NCBI GenBank assembly: GCA_004557805.1
Contig: SFFS01000008.1
Span: 1-53,619, forward strand
Direction of reading: 5' to 3'
Length of the DNA: 53,619 nucleotides
DNA from: Clostridiales bacterium
Lineage (GTDB): Bacteria; Bacillota; Clostridia; Christensenellales; Aristaeellaceae
Each line of letters starts with the position of its first letter. Position 1 is the stretch's first letter. Both the position numbers and the translations under genes were made by a program. Shown piece after piece: positions 27,479-34,498 of this stretch. The notes under the pieces are model-generated. The model searched no databases and had not been told where the DNA came from. It saw only the letters and a list, made by a program, of their open reading frames with translations.

Positions 27479-29170
27479 GATCTTTATACGCCCGAAGGCG
27501 AGAGGCTCGGCGGCGAGCCGTGGCGGAGCTATCCCCGGCCGCAGCTTCGGCGCGATTCATTTTTCTGTCTCAACGGCTGGTGGGATTTTGCCGCGCAGAG
27601 CGCGGAGGAAGCGCCCGCAGCGTTTTCGGAAAAAATCCGCGTGCCGTTTGCGCCGGAGTCGCTGCTTTCCGGCGTTCACCGCACGTTTCCCAAGGGAACG
27701 CGCTTTTTCTATCGCACGGCGTTCCGGCTGCCGGAGGGATTCCGGAAGGCGCGCGTGCTGCTGCATTTCGGCGCGGTCGATCAGCTGGCCGACGTATGGC
27801 TGAACGGCGCGCATCTGGGAAGCCATGCGGGCGGCTACGACGCGTTCTCCTTCGACGTGACCGATTGCCTGCGCGAGGAAAACACGCTCATCGTCCGTGC
27901 GGTCGACGATCTCGATCATTGCCTGCCCTACGGCAAGCAGCGGCGCGGCCGCGGCGGCATGTGGTATACGCCCGTTTCCGGCGTCTGGCAGACGGTGTGG
28001 ATGGAGAGCGTTTCCGAGCGGTATATCCGCGGGCTGCGCATCGATACCGGCGCCGGCTGGGCGTCCCTCGATACGGGCGACGCATCGCTTTCCGGCACGG
28101 TAACGGTGCAGACCCCGGAGGGCGCCATGCGCCTCCCGCTCGAAAAGGGCGCGGCGCGCGCGGAACTGAAAACGCCGAGGCTGTGGTCGCCGGAGGATCC
28201 GTATCTGTACGAGTTTACGATCGAAACGGCGGAGGACCGCGTGGAATCGTATTTCGCGCTGCGCACGTTGGAGATTCGGCAGGTGAAGGGCGTTCCGCGC
28301 CTTTGCCTGAATGGAAAGCCGTATTTTTTCAACGGCCTGCTCGACCAGGGCTATTGGAGCGACGGCCTGTTCACGCCCGCCGTGCCGGAATGCTACGCGC
28401 AGGATATTCTCGCCGCGAAGCGGCTCGGATACAACGTGCTGCGCAAGCACATCAAGCTCGAACCGGAGCAGTTCTACTACGATTGCGACCGGCTGGGCAT
28501 GATCGTCATGCAGGATATGGTCAACAACGGCCGCTATTCCTTCGCGCGCGATACCGCGCTGGCCACGATCGGCCTCAAGCGCCTGCCGGACAGGCTGATT
28601 CCGCGCAGCCGCAAAACGCGCCGCAATTTCTATGAGGCCATGGAAAAGACCGTCGCCCGGCTGCGCAGCCATCCGTGCGTGTGCTATTGGACGATCTTCA
28701 ACGAAGGCTGGGGCCAGTTTGATTCTACGGCGGCTTATCGCCGCCTGAAGGCGCTCGACGCGACGCGGTTCATCGACAGCGCGTCGGGTTGGTTTTGCGG
28801 CGGAAAGACGGACGTGGAAAGCCAGCATGTCTATTTCAAACCGTATCGCTTCAAGCCCGCTTCAAGGCCGGTGATGCTCACCGAGTTCGGCGGCTATTCG
28901 TACAAGCCGGAGGGGCATGTTTTCAACGGGAAAAGGACGTATGGATACCGCCTGTTCAGCCGGCAGGAAGAATACCGGCGCGCGCTGGAAACGCTCTATC
29001 GCGAGGAAATTCTGCCCGCCGTGCCGCGCGGGCTGTGCGGCGCCGTCTACACCCAGCTGTCCGATGTGGAGGACGAAACGAACGGCCTGCTCAGCTACGA
29101 CCGGCGCGTCGTAAAGGCGGACGAGGCGGCGATGCAGGCGATTGCGCGAGAGATGAGCGGCGCGCTTTGA
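27479..29170 (+). CDS. Glycoside hydrolase family 2 (beta-galactosidase/beta-glucuronidase-like); start codon unresolved
   Basis: LYTPEGERLGGEPWRSYPRPQLRRDSFFCLNGWWDF..., WLNGAHLGSHAGGYDAFSFDVT, WTIFNEGWG and LTEFGGYS are GH2 motifs. Homology begins right at 27482, but no ATG/GTG/TTG lies in frame there (see findings). Confidence 0.8.
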   Translation, partial: DLYTPEGERLGGEPWRSYPRPQLRRDSFFCLNGWWDFAAQSAEEAPAAFSEKIRVPFAPESLLSGVHRTFPKGTRFFYRTAFRLPEGFRKARVLLHFGAVDQLADVWLNGAHLGSHAGGYDAFSFDVTDCLREENTLIVRAVDDLDHCLPYGKQRRGRGGMWYTPVSGVWQTVWMESVSERYIRGLRIDTGAGWASLDTGDASLSGTVTVQTPEGAMRLPLEKGAARAELKTPRLWSPEDPYLYEFTIETAEDRVESYFALRTLEIRQVKGVPRLCLNGKPYFFNGLLDQGYWSDGLFTPAVPECYAQDILAAKRLGYNVLRKHIKLEPEQFYYDCDRLGMIVMQDMVNNGRYSFARDTALATIGLKRLPDRLIPRSRKTRRNFYEAMEKTVARLRSHPCVCYWTIFNEGWGQFDSTAAYRRLKALDATRFIDSASGWFCGGKTDVESQHVYFKPYRFKPASRPVMLTEFGGYSYKPEGHVFNGKRTYGYRLFSRQEEYRRALETLYREEILPAVPRGLCGAVYTQLSDVEDETNGLLSYDRRVVKADEAAMQAIAREMSGAL

Positions 29171-29229
29171 AAGCGGGGGGATGGCAGAGCGGAAGCCGCT
29201 GAATTCTGTTTTGAAAAAGGGAGAATTTC

Positions 29230-29772
29230 ATGTTGTTTCTGATAGAGGCAAACGAACAATATACAGACGAACTGGAACAGTTTAAGAACGAGGTGCTGAT
29301 TTGCGATAACGATGACGAGAATCAATTCGCAGGCTGCATGGGCTTGCGGAATTGCAGTACCGCGAAGGAATGGATCGATATATGTAATCTCAGAAAAAAG
29401 GCGGAGACATGCGAACGGGCGGGCGCGGAAGTGCCGTCAACAACATATTTCGCAATCAGAGAAAGCGGCAATAGACTTGTGGGCGTTATTGATTTGCGTC
29501 ATCATATCGATCATCCTATCCTTGGAACATGGGGAGGCCATTGCGGATACACGGTGAGGCCCTCTGAACGAGGAAAGGGTTATGCCAAGGAAATGCTCAG
29601 GCTGAATATTCAGAATGCCGGAGAAATGGGAATACAAAAACTTCTTGTGACATGCGACGCGAAAAATATGGCGAGTGAAAAAACGATACTTGCCAACGGC
29701 GGAGTTTTTGAAAAAAGCGTTGAAGTAGATGGATGTATGATAAAAAGATATTGGATTGATACAAACCGATAA
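29230..29772 (+). CDS. GNAT family N-acetyltransferase in an AT-richer island
   Basis: LVGVIDLRHHI..., GYTVRPSERGKGYAKEML and TCDAKNMASEKTILANGG are GNAT motifs A/B. Composition is visibly more AT-rich than the flanking genes. Confidence 0.85.
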   Translation: MLFLIEANEQYTDELEQFKNEVLICDNDDENQFAGCMGLRNCSTAKEWIDICNLRKKAETCERAGAEVPSTTYFAIRESGNRLVGVIDLRHHIDHPILGTWGGHCGYTVRPSERGKGYAKEMLRLNIQNAGEMGIQKLLVTCDAKNMASEKTILANGGVFEKSVEVDGCMIKRYWIDTNR

Positions 29773-29931
29773 ATTCCGATTTGAATCTATTGAAATCTTA
29801 ACCTGTTAGCGGCTGTTATAAGCCGTTAATAAAATCCTCCGAAATCCTTGAAAACAAAGAATTTTTCGCAGTTTGCTCACCTGCCCGCGTTATACGGTTT
29901 CATATGGTGTTACCCTTGCCCTCAATGCCTC

Positions 29932-29954
29932 ATAAGGGCAAAAGCAAGGGAAGG
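29932..29954 (+). repeat. Left copy of the flanking direct repeat (putative attL core)
   Basis: ATAAGGGCAAAAGCAAGGGAAGG. It is the right arm of an imperfect hairpin beginning at CCCTTGCCCT (29913). Confidence 0.5.
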
Positions 29955-30015
29955 AAAATCTGGTAAAACAATATAACAACATGTAGCAACCGGGAAACTG
30001 TGGCATATACGCGAA

Positions 30016-31488
30016 CTAATTATACGGAGGATTTTGAATATGGACAAGTATATTTATGATGAAAACAACGGCCTTTGGTATGAGCTGCGAGGTGATTACT
30101 ATGTTCCCTGCCTGACGATCTCGGAGAAAGAACAGCAGCCCATCGGCATATGGGGACGGCGGCATCTTCGATATATCCGTGAGTGCCGCAAAGGACTGTA
30201 TAACAGCCTGCTTCTCAGCGGGAAACTCAACGGCTACCTTGCTGATCTGAATGCGCTCAGCCTTATTGTAGGCGGCCATGAATGCCTGACCGTCGGGGTA
30301 GCCCTGTTCCTGCACCATACGGGAAATCCTGTCTTTGAGATCGCTGACTTTTTGTTCGGCGACCTCTATTTCTGCTTCTTCCGCTTTTCTCTCCTTGCCT
30401 TTGAAAATGCCAGTGGTTTCTGCAAGCTGCTCTCTCAGCTCCGGCAGCTCGTTGTCTTGTATCTGCTTGATCTCGGATGCACACTTTCTGAGCCGGTGCA
30501 AAAGCTCTTTCATTTCTTTGAATACTGCCATGTCAATACCGGGCTTCGGTTTCGGCGGCAGCTTCGCCTGACGGATTAAAACCTCCAAAATTGACTTTGC
30601 TTTCTGCACAATGGTGCGGAATAAACCCGGCAGCCATCCGTGCTCAGAAATGGAGTATTTACTCCTGTTTTGAATCTCCTCGTGCTTAATTTCAAGTACC
30701 TTCTCCTCTGGTACGCCGACCACCAGTGCCAGATCAGCGGTACGGTTCCAGTCCTGTCGTGTTTCGTTGTCAGCCCGTATTTCTTCTGCCAGAGGATTAT
30801 TCTTGCCGATCTTCTTTGTCGGCAGATACACGCTGCTTTGGTCGAATACAGCGAGTTTTTCTTCCTCCCTGACATGAAGGTTGATCTGTTCGGTCAGCAG
30901 CTTCTTTACCTCAGCCAGAAAGCCCTTGCTCTTGAAAAAGGTGTCCTTTGTCGTAAACATGTGCTGCTCATAGATTTCCCCCTTGGGGATCACCGTGCAG
31001 CCCTTGCGGATCGTTCCATCTTCTCCCGTGATCTCTTTCTTCGTCCGTACCCGTTTTCCTGTCTCATCAAAGTACACGGCGCGGGTGGCTACTTTGTTAT
31101 CCGGTGTTTCCAGAAGCCGCCGCTCGGAAAAGATCAGATGGATGTGATAGTTGGTCTTTGTCTTGTTGTAGTGGAGCGCGGAAGTACATTCCACTTCGTA
31201 CTGCCCCTTGAATTTCTCAGTGAACTCTTTCAGTACCTCGTCGGGATCGTATCTGGTGTAGTTCTCCGGCAGGGCAATAATCAGTTCCCTTGCCTCGATA
31301 CATTTTCCCTCAGTACCGCATCGTTTGAACTCCTGCCTGCTTTCCCTTGCAAGGCACGTCCAGAACTCGGTATCAGCGGTGTCATAGACGGCGAACAGGT
31401 TTTCCTGTCTGTCCGGACTTGCGATATAGCTGATGCGTCCTTTCAGATCGGGCAGCTTGCTCATCTGGATGAACGAATGCCGCGGCAT
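30016..31488 (-). CDS. Relaxase/mobilization nuclease (MobA/MobL, MOBQ-like); the last ~80 codons are probably a non-native tail
   Basis: N-terminal GRISYIASPDR (catalytic-Tyr region) and a HYNKTKTNYHIHLIFSER 3-His-like motif, with a coiled-coil C-terminal part. The final ~80 aa are encoded antisense to a TnpV-like ORF. Confidence 0.75.
   Translation of the reverse strand: MPRHSFIQMSKLPDLKGRISYIASPDRQENLFAVYDTADTEFWTCLARESRQEFKRCGTEGKCIEARELIIALPENYTRYDPDEVLKEFTEKFKGQYEVECTSALHYNKTKTNYHIHLIFSERRLLETPDNKVATRAVYFDETGKRVRTKKEITGEDGTIRKGCTVIPKGEIYEQHMFTTKDTFFKSKGFLAEVKKLLTEQINLHVREEEKLAVFDQSSVYLPTKKIGKNNPLAEEIRADNETRQDWNRTADLALVVGVPEEKVLEIKHEEIQNRSKYSISEHGWLPGLFRTIVQKAKSILEVLIRQAKLPPKPKPGIDMAVFKEMKELLHRLRKCASEIKQIQDNELPELREQLAETTGIFKGKERKAEEAEIEVAEQKVSDLKDRISRMVQEQGYPDGQAFMAAYNKAERIQISKVAVEFPAEKQAVIQSFAALTDISKMPPSPYADGLLFFLRDRQAGNIVITSQLIPKAVVFIINILVHIQNPPYN
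30040..30579 (+). pseudogene. TnpV-like gene remnant (N-terminal ~72 aa conserved, the rest reads antisense through the relaxase gene)
   Basis: MDKYIYDENNGLWYELRGDYYVPCLTISEKEQQPIGIWGRRHLRYIRECRKGLYNSLLLSGKLNGYLADL matches the transposon TnpV family as I recall it. GGAGG lies about 10 nt upstream of ATG 30040. After about 30255 the translation loses protein-like character. Confidence 0.45.
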
Positions 31489-31739
31489 GGTTCATCACCG
31501 TTCTTTTTTGCAACTGCATACGGCAGTTGCCGCTGCGGGAGTGGTCAGTGGCCGACGGAGCAGCGATGGAAAAATGCCGCTGCATTTTTCTGTGTATCGA
31601 ATGTGAAGGATACTTCCCGAACACTCGATACAGGCCCTCCGCAGGAGCGAAATACCCGGAGTACGAACCGTCAGGTTTGTGCGAAGGGTGTATTTCGCTC
31701 TCAGACGGCGAGGCCTTGAAAGACTGCTTTTCGTAAGCA

Positions 31740-31955
31740 TCATACCACCTCCTTCACTTCGTCCCTGCAACGTAGGTTTCTTCCCTGGTTAACGGTCATG
31801 AAACGCTCCAGCGTATCCGTCCGGATAATGGTTTTCCGTCCGACCTTGAGTACCGGGAGCTTGCCCCAGTCCACCAGAGCACGCATGGTGTTTCGTCCGA
31901 TCCCGGACATTTCTGCCGCTTCTTCAATGGTCATACCGATTTTTGCAACGCTCAT
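31740..31955 (-). CDS. xis: Excisionase-family DNA-binding protein (MerR-type HTH_17)
   Basis: MTIEEAAEMSGIGRNTMRALVDWGKLPVLKVGRKTIIRTDTLERF is a classic Xis/HTH_17 pattern. Confidence 0.85.
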   Translation of the reverse strand: MSVAKIGMTIEEAAEMSGIGRNTMRALVDWGKLPVLKVGRKTIIRTDTLERFMTVNQGRNLRCRDEVKEVV

Positions 31956-32004
31956 ATCTTCTTTCTCCTTTCAATAGTTCTCATCCTGCAACGATGGCAA
32001 CTAT

Positions 32005-32033
32005 AGTATACGCAATCTGCTATCACTTGTCAA
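32005..32033 (-). promoter_or_regulatory. Candidate promoter for xis-relaxase
   Basis: On the minus strand: TTGACA (32033-32028), 17-nt spacer, TATACT (32010-32005). Confidence 0.5.
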
Positions 32034-32085
32034 CTCATTTTGCAACGTATTAAAAAGAAAATATGAAAATAGTTGTGAATTGCTA

Positions 32086-32114
32086 TTGCAAATCGCAACG
32101 GCATGTGCTATACT
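32086..32114 (+). promoter_or_regulatory. Candidate promoter for the XRE regulator gene
   Basis: TTGCAA (32086-32091), 17-nt spacer, TATACT (32109-32114), 25 nt upstream of ATG 32139. Confidence 0.5.
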
Positions 32115-32138
32115 AACGCCAGCGAGGTGAATAAGCCT

Positions 32139-32804
32139 ATGACAAAAGATAACAGCTTCACCGCAAAACAGGTCGGTGAAAGAATCAGAGAACGCAGGAC
32201 GGAACTGCGGCTGTCCATGAGTCAGCTCGGAGACCGTCTGAGCGTAAACAAATCCACCATACAGAGATACGAGACAGGCGGTGTCGATCCGGAAAGAACG
32301 ATCCTCATCGTGCCGATTGCGGAAGCTCTGGAAACGACACCGGAATGGCTGACTGGTAAATCCGACGCCAAGGAATACGATAGCTATACTCTGTGCAAGA
32401 AGGCTATCGAGCAGCACATTTCGGACTACCTTGACAGCATGACAAGTGCCGTACAGGGGCAGCCGCACCAGCAGCTCCTGACTACCTTCCTCGGTGAGAT
32501 CGTCGATCTCTATGCCCTGTTCTGCGAGCGCTTCGCAAAGGCAATGGCAGAGGTAGACAAGATTGCAGAGGATGAAGGACTGAAAGAATCTCTGAGACGG
32601 TATGCGATAGAATCCGGTGCGATTACGGAAAAGGTCTATCGCAAAGAAATGGAAGCACCTGTAGAAGATATGAAACGATTTATGGATGGTCTTTTACATA
32701 TCTACGATGAGGGACGCACCAATGTAAAGATCGGCGACCTCCTCGGGATCAAGCAGAAAGCGATGAGAAGGCTTCCTGAAAAAGACGAATCCGTGGCACC
32801 TTGA
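32139..32804 (+). CDS. XRE-family HTH regulator with a ~150-aa C-terminal domain of unknown function
   Basis: FTAKQVGERIRERRTELRLSMSQLGDRLSVNKSTIQRYETG is an HTH_3 motif. The gene is divergent from xis. Confidence 0.85.
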   Translation: MTKDNSFTAKQVGERIRERRTELRLSMSQLGDRLSVNKSTIQRYETGGVDPERTILIVPIAEALETTPEWLTGKSDAKEYDSYTLCKKAIEQHISDYLDSMTSAVQGQPHQQLLTTFLGEIVDLYALFCERFAKAMAEVDKIAEDEGLKESLRRYAIESGAITEKVYRKEMEAPVEDMKRFMDGLLHIYDEGRTNVKIGDLLGIKQKAMRRLPEKDESVAP

Positions 32805-32982
32805 CAACAGAGTTTACCGGCGTAGATTGCCATGCTTTTCGGTTGTCGCGCAAGCGACGAGAAAAGCGGCGATAAAATCTGTGTAGTTGTGGCGGCAGCG
32901 CCGACATAACTACAGCCGATAACGAATAAAGCGTATATGTCACAGACCCGGCTGCCACGGATAGAAAGGAGAATAATTATCT

Positions 32983-34278
32983 ATGGCAAAAGGTTCTGTG
33001 AGAAAGAAAGGAAGCAAGTGGTACTACCGCTTCTATGTGGAAGATGAAAGCGGGAAGCTGGTACAGCGTGAGTTTGCGGGAACGACAAGCAAGAGCGAGA
33101 CAGAAGCCATGCTCCGCAAGGCGATGGAGGATTATGAAGCGAAAAAGTTCGTAGCAAAGTCCGAAAACGTCACTGTGGGGCAGCTCTTGGATATGTGGGT
33201 GGAGGAAGAACTGAAGCCCGGCAGTCTCAGTAACGGAACGGTATCTGCGTATCAGGGAACAGTGGGACGCATCAAGCAGTTTCCCATCGGAGACCGGAAG
33301 CTGAAAACCGTCACACCGGAGCATCTGCAATCATTTCTTGATCTTCTCTCCTTCGGAGGGAGCGATGCGAACGGAAAAGAGGTCAAGCCCATCAGCAAAG
33401 GGTATATGAGGCTGTTCTCTGCGGTGCTGCAGGGAGCGTTCCGGTTCGCGGTATTCCCCAAGAGACTTCTCAGCTATAATCCCATGCAGTATGTGGTCAT
33501 GCGGAAGAAGCAGGAAAGCTACGAGCTGTTCTCGGACGACAACAGTGACGAGCTGACGGTTCCCACTATTACCTACGAGCAGTATGCAGCTCTGACGGAC
33601 TGGCTCAAAAAGAAGAACAATCCGGCGCTTTTGCCCATTCAGATTGCCTACTTCACCGGACTTCGGATCGGAGAAGTCTGTGCGCTGACCTGGCAGGACA
33701 TCGACCTGAAAGAACAGGTCATCACGGTACGGCGCAGTATGCGGTACAACGGGGCAAGGCACAAGACGGAGATCGGGCCAACCAAGCGGAGCAAGATCCG
33801 CACGGTGGACTTCTGCGACACGCTGGCGGGGATTCTGAAAGAAGCGAAGAAGGAGCAGCACTTAAACCGCATGAGGTACGGTGAGTTTTACAGCCTGAAC
33901 TACTGCAAAGAGGTACAGGAGAAGGGCCGCAGCTACTACGAGCTGTACACGCTGGGTATGACGGAAGAAGTGCCGGAGGACTACAAGGAACTCTCCTTTG
34001 TCTGTCTCCGTCCTGACGGGGCTTACGAATCCGCAAGCACGGTCAGCATTATGTGCAGAACAGCGCAGGAGAAGGTTCCAGGCCTTGAGGACTTTCATTT
34101 CCACACACTCAGACACACGTTCACGAGCAACCTGCTGTCAAACGGCGCACAGCCGAAGGATGTACAGGAGCTGCTGGGACATGCGGATGTGAGTACCACG
34201 ATGAATATCTACGCACACGCGACAAAGGAAGCAAAACGCTCCTCCGCAAGACTGCTGGACAAAGTGGTCGGCGAATAA
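32983..34278 (+). CDS. int: Tyrosine-type site-specific integrase (Tn916-Int-like)
   Basis: An N-terminal SAM-like domain ([10 protein letters not shown]...) and a catalytic domain with [25 protein letters not shown] and [16 protein letters not shown] (R..HxxR..Y). Confidence 0.93.
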   Translation: MAKGSVRKKGSKWYYRFYVEDESGKLVQREFAGTTSKSETEAMLRKAMEDYEAKKFVAKSENVTVGQLLDMWVEEELKPGSLSNGTVSAYQGTVGRIKQFPIGDRKLKTVTPEHLQSFLDLLSFGGSDANGKEVKPISKGYMRLFSAVLQGAFRFAVFPKRLLSYNPMQYVVMRKKQESYELFSDDNSDELTVPTITYEQYAALTDWLKKKNNPALLPIQIAYFTGLRIGEVCALTWQDIDLKEQVITVRRSMRYNGARHKTEIGPTKRSKIRTVDFCDTLAGILKEAKKEQHLNRMRYGEFYSLNYCKEVQEKGRSYYELYTLGMTEEVPEDYKELSFVCLRPDGAYESASTVSIMCRTAQEKVPGLEDFHFHTLRHTFTSNLLSNGAQPKDVQELLGHADVSTTMNIYAHATKEAKRSSARLLDKVVGE

Positions 34279-34307
34279 AAAAGAAAAGCTTTCCCTTGTT
34301 TTGCCGG

Positions 34308-34330
34308 ATAAGGGCAAAAACAAGGGAAAG
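34308..34330 (+). repeat. Right copy of the flanking direct repeat (putative attR core)
   Basis: ATAAGGGCAAAAACAAGGGAAAG. It is the right arm of the hairpin TTTCCCTTGTTTTGCC/GGCAAAAACAAGGGAAA, which also sits where an int terminator is expected. Confidence 0.5.
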
Positions 34331-34434
34331 CAGTCGAAATCGGAGCGTTAAAACCGCGATTTTCCTTGAAATATCAGGGGCTTTGGAGATTGGGATAGAT
34401 AAATCGGAATTTATCCAGCCGCCGCATAATACAA

Positions 34435-34466
34435 AATCCTGCCCGGCGTTTCCGCCGGGCAGGATT
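34435..34466 (-). terminator. Terminator of the flavoprotein reductase gene
   Basis: 14-bp stem AATCCTGCCCGGCG / CGCCGGGCAGGATT with loop TTTC. On the minus strand it is followed by a T-rich tract, 33 nt beyond the stop. Confidence 0.8.
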
Positions 34467-34498
34467 TGCCGTTCTATGAGCGCTCTGCTGAGAGTGAA

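Larger units (their letters stand above)
29932..34330. mobile_element. Integrative mobilizable element (about 4.4 kb): TnpV remnant, relaxase, Xis, XRE regulator, tyrosine integrase
   Basis: A mobility gene set, AT-richer composition, and a 23-bp direct repeat (21/23 identical) at both ends, with the integrase gene abutting the right repeat. Confidence 0.7.
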
